A stretch of 64,000 nt of DNA, from positions 180,024,080 through 180,088,079 of the forward strand of contig NC_092376.1 in assembly GCF_030028105.1 (NCBI RefSeq), in the 5' to 3' direction. The notes below the pieces were generated by a model that made no database searches, was not told the origin of the DNA, and worked only from the letters and a program-made list of their open reading frames with translations. Positions 39,490 through 52,676 of the stretch are shown one piece after another; positions within the stretch are counted from its first letter, which is position 1, and each line of letters starts with the position of its first letter. The position numbers were made by a program, and so were the translations under genes. Source of the stretch: Mobula birostris (lineage: Eukaryota).

Positions 39490-40700
39490 CTGGATGTATA
39501 AAGGGGATGTAGTGTAGGTAAAGGGGATACAGCGGATGTGGTATGCTTGGGCTTTCAGAAGGCCTTTGTCAAAGTGCCACACATGTGGCTGCTTAGCAAG
39601 TTAAGAGCCATGGTATTACAGGAAAGTTACTAACATGGTTAGAGCATTGGCTGATTGGTAGGAGGCAGCGAGTTGGAATAAAGGGATCCTTTTCTGGTTG
39701 GATGCCAGTGGTGTTCCGCAGGGTTCAGTGTTGGGACCACTTCTTTTTATGCTGTATATAAGTGATTTAGATTATGGAATAAAGGGCTTTGTTGCCAAGT
39801 TTGCAGATGATACGCAGATTGGTGGAAGAGCAGGTAGTGTTGAGGAAACAGGTAGGATGCAGAAGGAGCTAGACAGATTAGGAGAATCGGCAAGAAACTG
39901 CCAAATGAAATAAATGATAGTAGAAATAAATGTGCAGCCTATTCTCTAAATGGGTAGAAAATCCAAAAATCTGAGATGCAAAGGGTCTTGGGAGCCCTTA
40001 TGCAGAACACCTTAATGGTTAACTTGCAGGTTGAGTCGGTGGTGAGGAAGGCCATGTTAGCATTCATTTCAGGAGATTCAGAATGCAAGAGCAAGGATGT
40101 AATGCTGAGGCTTTATAAGGCACTGGTAAGGCCTCACCCTGAGTATTGTGAACAATTTTGTGCCGCTCATCTTAGAAGAGATGTGCTGGCATTGGAGAGG
40201 GTCCAGAGAAGGTTCACAAAGATGATTTCAGGAATAAAAAGTTTATCATATGAGGAACGTTTGATGGCTGTTGGTCTGTACTCGCTGGAATTCAGAAGGA
40301 TGAGAGGAGATCTCATTGATACCTTTCGAATGTTGAAAGTCCTAGATAGAGTAGATGTGGAAAGGACATTTCCCATTGTGGGAGAGTCTAGGACAAGAGG
40401 GCACAGCCTCAGGATAGAGGGACGCCCTTTCAAAACAGAGATGCGGAGAAATTTCTTTAGCCAAGGGTGGTACATTTGTCGCATTTGTTGCCACGTGCAG
40501 CTGTGGAGGCCAGATCGTATTTAAAGCAGAGGTTGATAGGTTCTTGATTGGACACGGCATCAAAGTTTATGGAGAGATGACCGGGAACTGGGGTTGAGGA
40601 GAAGAAGTAAAAAGGATCAGCCATGCTTAAATGGCGGAGCAGACTCAATGGACCAGATTCCCTAATTCTGCTCCTATGCCTTATGGTCTTATGGTCTTCT
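39490..40700 (+). mobile_element. CR1-clade LINE, 5'-truncated
   Basis: [19 protein letters not shown] and RRMRGDLI motifs; (TATGGTCT)n tail at about 40682-40698. Confidence 0.88.
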
Positions 40701-41446
40701 CACGCTAGTCATGACCAATTCTCTTTACAACGCAGCTATACCGAGAGGAGAATCTTCCTGCATTAAATTATATTCACACTGTATGTGTAGCCTAAACAAA
40801 ACTACATGAAGTTTCGCTCATGACTTTTGATTTTTTTTTATAGCTATGAATTGTCAAAAGGACAATGTGGAAAAGAAAGAGAGAGTACCTAAATTTCTCG
40901 TGCTAATTTCGCGTACTTTCATGAGATTTCTGACATCTGCAAATACTAGCTGCATCAATGCATCTATGTAGAATATATCAGTGTCGTTGGATAATTCTGC
41001 TTGAATTTGAAAAATAAAACATTGGTAGACGCGGTAAATCACCTTGTGCTTTGATCCCGAAGAGGATTTGGACCCGAATGCTAAAAGTTAAAGCAAGTTT
41101 CTGCTAATCCACTGTGCAGTGTTCCTTCCTAACAGATAAGTTCTAACTTGTTTGCTTCTACTGAGAGTACGCATGACCAAGACAGTTAAAGGTAGTTAAA
41201 TATATTTCACGAACAATTGCTCAAAATTGCATTTGTTCAGCCGAAATGTGGGATAGGAAAATATAGTACATGCGCTTCTTCATGCATGTGTGCTCTTCTT
41301 GATGCGTCTTCTGAATAGGGAAAGTTCGAATATATTGCAATCATTTCTTAGAGAAAAAATCTAAAATATTGAAAGTTAAAGTGTATGAATATATTTTGAT
41401 TGCGCAACAATAAATGTGTGCTATATCGCTTTAATATGACAGTCTT

Positions 41447-41521
41447 GCTTTAAGAAACAAACGGTATTCTGATTGGTTAAAAAGGCCTACCAATCAGCAG
41501 TTGTTATGTGACTGGAGATCC
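41447..41521 (+). promoter_or_regulatory. Conserved promoter module of V7
   Basis: GCTTTAAGAAA 41447; ATTGG 41472; CCAAT 41490; TGTGACTGGAGATCC 41507. Confidence 0.78.
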
Positions 41522-41796
41522 TGACTGTCCTTTTTCTTCCACCATTACATATGAAGACGAGACAATGTGAATTGGATAGCGAGCTGCCTTGGGTTGCAGT
41601 CGTTTGCTTCCGCCTTTCTTTCGTGGATTTTATCACCCAGCTGGAGAAATTCATCAAATAATCCAGACTTTTTTTGAAAGAGAAGGTTTTTTTACAAGGA
41701 AGCCTTTCTTGTGAAGGTATACATCTGCTTTTATCACGGGAATAAACCGAAAGCCACGGTATCGCACGGAAGCCATTGGAATGTTTAACACCGGCG

Positions 41797-44250
41797 ATGA
41801 GATGTTATAAACTATTTTGTTTCTTTAAAAGGGAACTGTTGTATTACATTTTTATCGCCTGGGAGCTAGTTTTCGCCGAAATTCATTATTCGATTCCCGA
41901 GGAATTGCAGCGAGGCGCCTTTGTTGGGAATATTGCAGACGATTTGGATTTAGATGTTAAACAGCTCGCTGCTCGTAATTTCCGTCTTGTGCCAGGTGAA
42001 AGAAAGCAGTATTTGGAGGCAGATATAAACAGTGGGATTTTGTTCGTAAAGGAAAAAATTGACAGGGAGGAGCTCTGTGGTCCAAGCCTTGCTTGCGTTC
42101 TGTCGTTGGAGGCCGTGCTTGACAATCCTCTCAGTCTGTATCAAATCGAAGTGGATATTCTGGATATTAATGACAATTATCCCAGTTTTCCAAAGAGCCT
42201 GCTTCGGATTGAAATATCCGAGCTTACCGCACCAGGGGCTCGCTTCCCCCTCGAGTCCGCTCACGATCCGGATATTGGGACTAACTCCATTCAAACCTAC
42301 CAGCTGGTTGCAAATGAGTTCTTTGCATTAAACATTGAAGATGGTATCGCCGACTGGAAATTGCCAGTTTTAGTGCTGCAACAGCCCTTGGACAGGGAGA
42401 CGCGTTCGGCCCACAGGCTACTGCTCTTAGCCAAAGATGGCGGGATCCCCGAGAGGTCGGGCACTACCGAAATAAACGTCGCGGTGGGAGATGCTAACGA
42501 TAATACGCCGGTTTTCTCTCAGTCGGTATACAAGGCTAGTTTGTTAGAAAATGCGGCCAAAGGGACAATAGTACTGCAAGTAAATGCCACTGATTTGGAT
42601 GACGGTTCAAACGGAGAGATTCTGTTTTCCTTCAGTAGTCATACCTCTGCCAGGGTTCGTGAACTTTTTAACTTGGATCCTCAAACTGGTGAAATAAAAC
42701 TTATAAGGAATTTAGATTACGAAGAAAATAATGTATATGATATTATAATACAAGCTAAGGACAAGGGTAGTCAAGCTACTGCCGTGTACTGTCACATTTT
42801 ATTGACTATTTTAGATGTAAATGATAACTCGCCTGAGGTTACCCTAACATCTTTGTCAAGCCCAGTTCCCGAGAATTCGCCCCCTGGAACTGTAGTCGCT
42901 CTAATAAGTGCGTCTGATAGAGATTCCGGGGAGAATGCGGAACTCCGGTGTCAAGTAGTAAATAAAGTGCCTTTCATACTGGATTCCTCCTTAAAGAAGC
43001 ACTTAAGATTACTTACACGCGATCTGCTGGACCGAGAATCGGCCTCCATGCACAACGTAACCGTTGCCTGCAGAGACGGCGGAAGTCCGCCTCTCACCAC
43101 GAGCAAAACCATTCCAATTGAGGTTTCAGACAGAAATGACAACGCTCCACAATTTTCGCAATCTGTGTTCACAGCCTCCGTGATGGAGAACAATAATATT
43201 GGTGCCTCCATATTCTCCATGACAGCATTTGATCCGGACCTGGATGAAAATGCTCGGATATCGTACGATATTCTGGACAGTTGGGTAGAGGGGCAGTTAG
43301 TAAACAATTATATCTATATTAATTCGGAGACTGGAATTATATATTCTTACAGATCATTTGACTATGAAGAGTTAAAAACCTTTCAGATTCAGGTTCGGGC
43401 ACGTGACCATGGAGTCCCATCGCTTTCCAGTAATGGTTCCGTGGACGTCATCATTCTTGACCAAAATGATAACGCCCCAGTGATCGTTCATCCATTGGGA
43501 CCAGCGACCACGGAGGTCATAACCCGATTCGCTGAAGCAGGCTATCCAGTAACCAAAGTTACAGCTACAGATGCCGACTCAGGTCAAAATGCTCGCCTCT
43601 GCTATCGGATCCTTCAAGCTACTGACTTTGCACTTTTTACTATTTCAGAGGGCACGGGAGAAGTATGGACAACTCGTGCTATTACGAAAACCGATGCATC
43701 CAAACAAAAGTTGGTTGTCCAAGTGAGTGACAATGGGACACCTGCACTTTCTGCTTCTATAACTATTATTTTAACTTTGATAGATGGTGAAGAATCATTA
43801 TTTTCCGACAAAAATACTTTGCCTCAAAGGCCTAACATTGCTTCTGTAACCAGCCTATACTTGGTGATTTCATTAGCGATAACTTCAACTATTTTTCTGG
43901 TTATTTTGATTTTACTAGCTGTTAAACTTCACAAAAGCAGAAATGTATTTGAGGACCACTGTGTACTGGGCCCGTGTTGTTGCTTACGTACAAAACGATC
44001 ACTGAATGGAATTCAGAAAGCCAGCCGCAGCCTCCACATTCCTCCGAACTATGTTGAAGTATTTGGAGGCGATCCGCTGTCACAAAGTTATCGGTATGAG
44101 ACGTGTTCCATGGCACGTTCGACAAAGGGAGACTTCCCGTTCCCCAAAACCAGTGGTTTATCAAAGGGAAGTAACAAAGCGGCCGGTGAAGTTGTTGCGA
44201 AGGCAGAAACTTCATTATTCCCAAATTGTGGGAACCCTGCTAATTCTGAG
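41797..44250 (+). CDS. Clustered protocadherin variable exon V7
   Basis: ATG at 41797; 818 codons; donor GAG|GTGAGA. Confidence 0.95.
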
Positions 44251-44544
44251 GTGAGAAGCTTGTTTAGTAGGAGAGGTCAATGTTAACTCAACCTCTGGAA
44301 GGGGATTGGCATCAGGGAGTTAACAGATTTTGTTTTGCTTATTGTGCAATCCATCCAGCGCAGACAGGATCAGAAGTGTCGTATCCAGTAGGTGTTAACT
44401 TCAATATACGGTTAAATAATTGTAATGACTACCACTTTGCTGTGCAATTGTAATGAACCCAGCTGTACAGGATATCGTACGATATCCGAGTATTTCCATC
44501 CAGGTCCGGATCAAATGCTGTTAAATCGTGACGCAAACCTCCTT

Positions 44545-44862
44545 CCCTTTCGCCCGCTGTGCACACTTCCCTCCTGTCAGATTCCTTCCTCTCCAGCCCT
44601 TTCTCCAACCATCAACTACCAGCTTCCGACTTCATATCCTCTCCCCCTCCCACCTGACTTCACCTATCACCTTCTAGCTTGCACTCCTTCCCCTCGCCAC
44701 ACCATCTTATACTAGCCCTTTCTATTCACTCCCAAGGAAGGGTCTCAGCCCGAAACGCCGACTATTTATTCCTCTCCAGAGATACGGCCTGATTTGCTGA
44801 GTTTCTCCAACATTTTTTTGTGTGATGTCCGAATTTCCAGCATCTGCTGTATATCTTGTGTT
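44545..44862 (+). mobile_element. Penelope-like terminal-repeat remnant
   Basis: Pyrimidine-rich leader, then AGGGTCTCAGCCCGAAACGCCGACT, GCTGAGTTTCTCCAAC and AATTTCCAGCATCTGC. Confidence 0.6.
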
Positions 44863-45950
44863 GAAAAGTTGATCGTGAAGTTGGTTCGGCGTGGAGGGAT
44901 TACAGTCGCAAATTTGTAAAAGGACTAACTTTTGAATTTGCGTTATTATTAACAAAATATGGCTGAAACGGAAGGGGTATCGCAGCCCATTGATCCGCGG
45001 GGTTGAGAAGGACATCTAATCCACTATTGTCTTCGAACATTTAATCAATTGCCATTCATGTTATGCTCCTCAAGGAAAGGTTTGGCCATATAAGCAGGAT
45101 CCTGCATCTAACCTACTTTCAGCAACGAGTTCAGGGCCCATACAAAATATAAACAAATATTTTCCTCACATATCCTGTAACCATTCTGACAAATCTTCCA
45201 ATCTATCACTCCCAACCACAGCTCCCTCCCACGCCCGCACCGACACCCAGCTTTAAACACCCTTATCCAACAGGGCCTATATTCCCTGAGTCTCATATAA
45301 TTCAATATGCCTCAGTTAAAACTCTCCTAAACACTTCATATCCAATTGTACTTATAGTTGCTAAATGGGAAAATGTCAGTCAAGGTGCATACAGTTACCA
45401 TAAGCCTGAAAGTGGAATAAGGGCGGAAAAGTTATTTAGGCTATCCCAGTAGAAGGTTAATAAGGATTGACCGGGGCAGGTAGCCCAACAACCCTGTTCT
45501 TCAACATAATGCCAGGGGACCTTGACATCCCATAGAGAGCAGACAGAGCAACGTGTGGAATATGAAATCTATGACAGTTCAGCAATTTAAGTTTGGCACA
45601 GTTCTTTGCAGGGAAAACCCATCCCTTCGTCATTATGTTTACATTCTGTGGCCATTTTATTAGGTACAACTCTACACCTGCTCGTTAATGCAAATATCTA
45701 TTTAATGCATAAGAGTATACAGATATTGTTAAAAGGTTCAGTTATTGTTCAGACCAAACCTCAGGGTAAGGAAGAAAAGAGACCTAAGTGACTTTGGCTG
45801 TGGAATGATGGTTAGTTCGAGACGGGGTGGTGTGAGCATCTCAGAAATTGCTTATCTCCTGGGAATTTCTCTGGCGTTTACAGAGAATGGTGCGAAAAAG
45901 AAATAAAACATCCGAAGACCAGCAGCTCTGTGACCGAAAAGGCATTATTG

Positions 45951-47457
45951 TTTTTTTTTCATTTTTTTTTATTATTTATTCTTATTTTACAAAGCAGCAG
46001 AGCATATCATAGGGCAGATACAGTACAGCATATTTACACAGCCATCCCATGACAGGAAACTTAGAAACAGAAAGAAGTTCTAACTTAAGTTTAAATTAAC
46101 ATACAACCAAAATTGATCCCATGCGTCTTGCACTTTCCCCTCACTGTTAATTCTTCCCAGCATGTGTTCATACGATGAAATCTTAATCATTTCCTCTGTC
46201 CATTCCTTCACAGTGGGACATCTGCTTTTTTTTTCCAGTTTTGCAATATAATTCTTGCAACTGTGATGAGACCCACCTTTAAAATAGTAAATTTGTCATT
46301 GTTTACGATAGGTGTCATTGTCCTATCACCCAGGAGACAAAGCCATGGGGACAAGGGCAGTGTGGAACCCGACCAATTCCCCAACGAATCAAGAACTTTA
46401 CACCAAAATGGACGAACCATGGAACACTCCCAAATCATGTGAAAATATGTGCCCACCTCATTTTTACTTTTCCAGCATAAATTATTATCAACAATCCCCA
46501 TTTTGTAGTGTCCAGTTGGTGTCCAATAATATCGGTGTACTGAATAAATTTCTCTCTCACTTCCCTATTATTATCTACCCACATTTGCTAAAATATGACC
46601 ACTCATTATCTTCAATATCGCTTCCAAGATGGTTCTGCCACATTGCTTTGAGATTGTTACACGATTCACCCACAGAGGGCTTGAACATTTTATAAAACAC
46701 TGATGCTTTATGAACTTACTGTGGTAATGTAAAGAATTCAGTTAAAGGGTTACTTTATGGGTCACCATTTTGAATATGCTACTAACACAATGTCTTATTT
46801 GTAAATACTTCCAAAAATTCCCTTCATCTACAAAGTTATATTTCCTCTGCAAATCCACATATGACATAAAATCCCATTCTCATAGAGATCACATACTGTA
46901 TTTACATCTTTAATCTTCCATTCTTTCCAGTACACCATTCTTTTCCCAATGCATATCTCAGGGCTATTCCAGAGCGAGGAGTATAGCTGGTTTAAATGTG
47001 ACTTTCCACAAGCTGTATGAATTGTACTCCACACACTCCTTGAGTGAGATAGTATAGGATTTAGATTAGTCTTGTTTTCCACATGTTGTGAGAGGATGTT
47101 AAGGGGAGAATGTGGTGCAGCCAGGCTCCTTTCTATAATTACCTAATCTAAATCAACCTTAGCCCTGTCCCAATGTTTAGCTAATTTGGTCATTTCAAAC
47201 GATAATTTATATGTCCTGACGTCTGGTAGACTGAGCCCACCCATATCCCTGGACATACACATCTTACTCATTTTAATTCTGAACAACTTCTTGTCTCATA
47301 GAAAATCACTGATAATTTTGTTGTATTGCTTGTAAATCAAATCTGATATATTTAAAGGAAACATCATAGAAAGATAGCTAAACTGAGGTACTATGACCAT
47401 CTTAGCTACATTGACTTTACCCCAGAGTGACAGTCTCAGTGCCCCCCACTTATCCAG
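45951..47457 (-). mobile_element. L1-clade LINE, 5'-truncated
   Basis: Minus-strand W..LRLSLWGKVNVAKMVIVPQFSYL and the C-terminal Zn-knuckle remnant CWKS...HMIWEC; poly(A) tail appears as a T run at 45951-45980; ATTATT-like TSD. Confidence 0.8.
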
Positions 47458-47596
47458 ATTATTAATGAAAAAGGTCAGCGGAGAATGGCCAGACTGACAA
47501 CAAGGCGACGGTAATTCAAATAACCACTCATTGCAAAAGTGCTGTGCAGAAGAACATCTCTGCATGCACAACACGTCGAACCTTGAAATGGCTGGA

Positions 47597-47696
47597 ACAC
47601 ACATCAAAGTTGCTGGTGAACGCAGCAGGCCAGGCAGCATCTCTAGATGTGTGTTGCTTGAATTTCCAGCATCTGCAGAATTCCTTGTGTTTATGT
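47597..47696. mobile_element. Collapsed inverted Penelope-like repeat insertion
   Basis: TSD CTTGAAATGGCTGGA (47582) / CTTGAAATGGATGGA (47697). The paralogous site at about 51733 is empty. Confidence 0.7.
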
Positions 47697-48275
47697 CTTG
47701 AAATGGATGGACTACTTTTTAGTAGAAGTCCACGAACATACACTCATTGACCACTTTATTTGGTACAGCAGGAATATAATAAACTTGCCTCTGAGTGTAT
47801 AAGCACATCCAGATCCATTTAAAATTCGTCCTTTAAGAGCGCAAAGGCACTGTCATAGTTGTAAATGTTCGTTTCCATTTGATTGGCTACTTTCTGAATA
47901 TTATTCATTTCTCTCCTGCCTCAAGAAAGTATTGAAATTATCATTTTTTTCCCTTTTTTCACTTCATTAATATTCACACATTGCTGTATTGCTGAAAGTA
48001 ACATGAAATAATGTTCAGGTTATTTAAAAAAGTTAAATGCTAAGTATTGAATGACAATTAAGACATGTTTTGGCGAATTAAAACTGACTTAGCCTTCAGC
48101 GATGTATAACTCTTGATCAAGTCTGAATTACAAATCATCTCTGTGCAAAATTCACAGTAGAATTTAATATTGCTGTTAAAAGAATCTAAAACCAATGAAC
48201 TTAAATATTTCTTAGATTTTATATTGTACAACTTTAAATATAGACAAAGCCTCCAAGTATTGGGACTACAGTCCA

Positions 48276-48390
48276 GCTTTAAGAAATGCTTAGTGTGGTG
48301 ATTGGCTGAACTTAAGTCATCCTCGTCAGCCAACGAGCGGTTGAAATGTGCCTGGAGATCCTTGCTGTCATACCCTCCCCTTCCGCCATT
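48276..48390 (+). promoter_or_regulatory. Conserved promoter module of V8
   Basis: GCTTTAAGAAA 48276; ATTGG 48301; CCAAC (variant) 48330; TGTGCCTGGAGATCC 48347; CCCTCCCC; CCGCCATT 48383. Confidence 0.78.
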
Positions 48391-48646
48391 GTGTGTGAGT
48401 AGATGCCGTGTATCATGGATAGAGCTGCCTGTCGTTACATTCGGTTCTTTGCAATCATCTATTGGCGAAATTAGAAGAAATACGAAGGTTTGTCGGAAAT
48501 CCAAACGCAGAATTTTTGAGCAGTATGTATGGTTTTATGAAATTCAGCTGTATTTGTCAAAATGGAACCATGATTTGCTCTTTTTGGCAGGAATTATTGA
48601 ACGGTGCCGCGTTGTTCTCAATTGTTTGAAATGCTTTATGCTGGAA

Positions 48647-51088
48647 ATGGGACTTTATAGATTATATTTGCTAATGAAATGGAAACTTTTATGTTTCATT
48701 ATCCCTTCCTGTCAACTAATTTCTGGACAAATACGTTATGCGATTCCTGAAGAATTGAATGCCGGCGCCTTTGTTGGGAATATCGCAGAGGACCTGAATT
48801 TAGATGTAAAACAACTCTCGGTTCGCGGCTTTCAAATCATGCCTGGACCTGGCAAACAGTATATAGATGTAAATTTAGACAATGGGGTTTTACTTGTGAA
48901 AGAAAAAATGGACAGAGAACAGTTGTGTGAGCAGAGCCTCGTTTGCACGTTATCTTTAGAAGCGGTGATTGAAAATCCTCTAAATGTCTATCATTTTCAA
49001 GTGGACATTCTGGACGTAAATGATAATGCCCCGAGATTTCCAGAGAGCCAGTTCCGTTTGGAAATTTTGGAGGTTGCTGCTCCTGGAACTCGATTCGCTC
49101 TGGAATGCGCACAGGACCCGGACATTGGAACCAACTCAGTGCAAAGCTACCAGCTAACAGAGAACGGCTATTTCTCCCTCGATGTCGAGACGCTGGGTGG
49201 CGACGGAAAGGTACCGGTTTTAGTCTTGGAAAGATCGCTGGACAGAGAAAAGGAAAGTGCTCACAGGTTGGTGCTGATCGCTAACGATGGAGGGGTTCCT
49301 CGGAGATCTGGCTCTGCTGAGATACTGATCGTTGTCGGGGATACCAATGATAACGCGCCCGTTTTCTCCCAGTCCATCTACAGGGTCAGTTTGTGGGAGA
49401 ATGCACCGAAAGAGACATTAGTGATAAAACTGGATGCTTCAGATCTGGACGCTGATCTCAATGGCCAGGTAGTGTATTCGTTTGGCAGTCATACTTCGAG
49501 CAGAGTTCGTGAAATATTTCGGCTAGATTCCACAACTGGCGAAATTAGAATTAAGAACAATTTGGACTACGAGAAAAATAGTGTTTTTGAGATTAACGTT
49601 CAAGCGAAAGATATGGGTCCTTACGCAACTCCTGTATACTGTCACGTGGTGGTCAAAATTCTTGATGTGAACGACAACGCTCCTGTGATTACATTGACAT
49701 CTTTATTCAGTCCTGTCAGCGAAGATTCCCTCGCGGGGACAGTGGTGGCTCTGATTACTTCAACGGACAAGGACTCAGCTGAAAACGGGGACGTGGATTG
49801 CGAAATCACACAGGACCTTCCCTTTAAACTGGATTCATCTGTACGTAACTATTACAGACTGGTTACCCAGCACACACTGGATCGTGAACATGTATCAGCC
49901 TACAATGTAACTGTCGTGTGCACCGACGCTGGGGTTCCCCCTCTCACATCCAACAAAACGATCCCGGTGGAGATCTCGGATATAAATGATAACCCACCCC
50001 AGTTTACACAGCCTGTATATACAGCTTATGTAATGGAGAATAACGCCATAGGTGCATCCATTTTCACTGTGACTGCTTTCGATCAAGATTCAAATAGGAA
50101 CGCCGATGTGTCATACTTTATTTTGGAGAGTCAGATTCAGGGCATGTCAGTGGCCGCATATGTCTCCATTAACTCACACAGCGGGGTCATATTTTCGCAG
50201 AGAAGTTTCGACTTCGAGAATCTCAAAAACTTTCAGCTCCTGGTTCAGGCGCGGGATTCCGGATCCCCACCACTTTCTGGAAATGCCTCAGTGGATGTAA
50301 TTATCTTGGATCAGAACGACAATGCCCCCGTGATCTTGCAACCACTACCCGAATTCGGCTCCACTGTGTCAGAGACCATATCCAGGCTCGCAGAACCAGG
50401 TTACCTGGTTACGAAGGTTTCTGCTACCGACGGTGACTCTGGCCAGAATGCTCGCCTTACCTACCAGATTCTTCAAGCTACTGAGGTCGGTCTATTTACC
50501 ATTTCACCGGACACGGGAGAGATCTGGACAATACGCAGTATTAGTAAGAATGACGCTGTCAAACAAAGATTGGTCATCTGCGTTAACGACGATGGATCAC
50601 CGTCACTGACAGCCACCGTGACAATCATTTTGTCTTTAGTTGGAAATGATAGACAAGTGCTGTCGGAACGGAATAGTTTGTCTGAGAATCCAGGGTTTGA
50701 TTTTGATACCAGCTTTTACCTCGTAATCGCTTTAGGGGTCACCTCCTCCGTGTTCCTGGTGATTTTGATTATCCTCGCCGTTAAGGTTCATAGATCCTCT
50801 TCTCTTGGCGCATGTGGTTGTCTTACAGTAAGAAACTCGTTACATGGATTTCAAAGAGGCAATAGAACCCTCCAGATACCACCGAACTACGTTGAGGTGT
50901 TTGGGGGTGATCCACTTTCTCAGAGTTTCCGCTATGATTCATGCTCAAGTTCACGTTCTGTGAAGAGGGATTTCAGGTTGTCCAGCAGCGCATCTACGCG
51001 AAAGGATTTTACTCCGAGTGGCGTTCTGGGAAATGGCGATACTTTACAAACCGCCAAGTCTGCGCAGTGCAGGAATACTGTAAATGAG
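48647..51088 (+). CDS. Clustered protocadherin variable exon V8
   Basis: Paralog-equivalent ATG at 48647 (alternative in-frame ATG at 48638); 814 codons; donor GAG|GTGAGG. Confidence 0.93.
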
Positions 51089-51729
51089 GTGAGGTTGCAT
51101 TTCGGTAGCGAGAAGAGCACCTCATGGGTCTCGATTGGAAGTACAAATGTTTACTGAATATATTTAGATCATGTCATCTGAATTTGCAGTAGTTATTTCA
51201 GGAACAGCTGCACTGCAAATGAATCAGTTGCCTTTTTTGCGATTATAATGTGTTACCATTTCGTTGCATGTGGGAGTTAGAAAATGTTACCATTGAGGAT
51301 ATACGGATACAGCACAAAAATAGTCCTGGATTTATTGTCAGCGAAAATTTCGTGGATCACAGGCCCTGAGGAAGTTAAAACGAAATGAATATTATTGCTC
51401 CACCCGTGGTACTGATGTCACAAGTTTTGGTGTTGGGTTAATATTTCTATGAAGACATTGTGAAATGTCATTTTTATTTAACTATGGCTTATATATTGCC
51501 TTACCGTCATAATATATAATAATATGACGTTTTAATGTACTATAATGGGGATTGTGTATAAGCAAAATAGGTGCTAGTGATCTATTCTGAAAGTGTGTAC
51601 ATCAGTTTATAGATGCTTCCAAAACTACGTAACATAATCTTTTTTTAATGGGTTAGAAAGTAGTTATTCTTAGAAAGTCCGCCAAAAAGTAGCAGCGGAA
51701 AGGAAATTTTCAACCTAATGCAGAAAATT

Positions 51730-51830
51730 AACCTTGAAATGGCTGGGCTACAGCAGCAGAAGATCACGTATATGCACTTTGTGGCCACTTTATTAGGTAC
51801 AAGAGGGATCTAATAAAGTGGCCATTGGGA
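51730..51830 (+). mobile_element. Tc1-like 3' remnant carried in the duplicated unit
   Basis: AACCTTGAAATGGCTGGGCTACAGC...GTGGCCACTTTATTAGGTAC...CTAATAAAGTGGCCA. Confidence 0.7.
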
Positions 51831-52306
51831 ACATAAGCGCATCCAATTCCATTTAAAATTCGTACTTTAAGAGTGCAAGGGCCGTGGGCGAGGTACCATC
51901 GCAATAGTAGATCTTTGTTTTCCGTAGCCTCGCTACCTTTTGAGCATTATTCTCCTCTCACCCTCATCAAGAAAATATTCAAATTGTCAAATCATTGTTT
52001 TCTATTTTCACCTCAGTCATTTGATATTCACGCAGTGCTCTAACGCCAAAAGTACTATGAGATGATGTTCAAGTTATTTAAGAAAGTTAAATGTTAAATA
52101 TGGAACGATAAGTAAGAATGGTTTTGGCGAATCGAACTGATTAAGCATTCAGTGAAATATAATTCTTGATAAAGAATGAATTGCAAATAATCTACGTGCA
52201 AAATATACTGCAGAATTCAATATTGTTGTAAAACAATCTAAACTGGTGAAATTAAATATTTGTTGGATTTATTATTGTACACCTTTAAATATACACAATT
52301 GCGCTA

Positions 52307-52420
52307 GCTTTAAGAAATGCTAGTGTGACGATTGGCTGAACTTCTGTCAGCCTCGTTAGCCAATGAGCGGATCTAATGTGACTGGAGATCCTTGCTGTCC
52401 TACCCTCCCCTTCCGCCATT
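52307..52420 (+). promoter_or_regulatory. Conserved promoter module of V9
   Basis: GCTTTAAGAAA 52307; ATTGG 52331; CCAAT 52360; TGTGACTGGAGATCC 52377; CCGCCATT 52413. Confidence 0.8.
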
Positions 52421-52676
52421 GTATACGAGTAGATACCGTGTATCATGGATAGAGCTGCCTCTCCTTACATTCAGTTCTTTACAATCATCCATTGGCGAAA
52501 TTAGAAGAAAGAAGAAAGTCTATCGGAAATCCTAAAGCAGAATTTTATAAGCAGTACGTATGGTTTTATACAATTCAGCTGTATTTGTCAAAATGGAAAC
52601 ATGATTTAATCTTTTTAGCAGGGATTATTAACGGCGCTGCGTTGTTCTCAATCCCTGGAAATGCTTTCTGTTGCAA

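Larger units (their letters stand above)
36405..39490 (-). mobile_element. Rex1/Babar-like LINE split by nested CR1 insertions
   Basis: Minus-strand peptide ...RLQKVVDTAQPITVKAL (about 38720) continues as LPTADHIYKERCHMKAAPIIK (below 36845). Tail at about 36405-36430. Confidence 0.7.
45641..47800 (+). mobile_element. Tc1/mariner-like element split by an L1 insertion and a Penelope-like insertion
   Basis: TIR-like GTGGCCATTTTATTAGGTAC at 45648. The transposase remnant ...RKGII breaks at about 45950 and resumes INEKGQRRMARL at about 47461. Same family as 24589-25121. Confidence 0.75.

Noticed and set aside
48302-48646. 115-aa N-terminal extension of V8 (951-aa ORF), and similar extensions in V5-V7 and V9-V11
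   Set aside because: These start at TTG codons (V8's lies inside the promoter ATTGG box) and are not conserved. Paralog alignment puts the start at the downstream ATG before the signal peptide.
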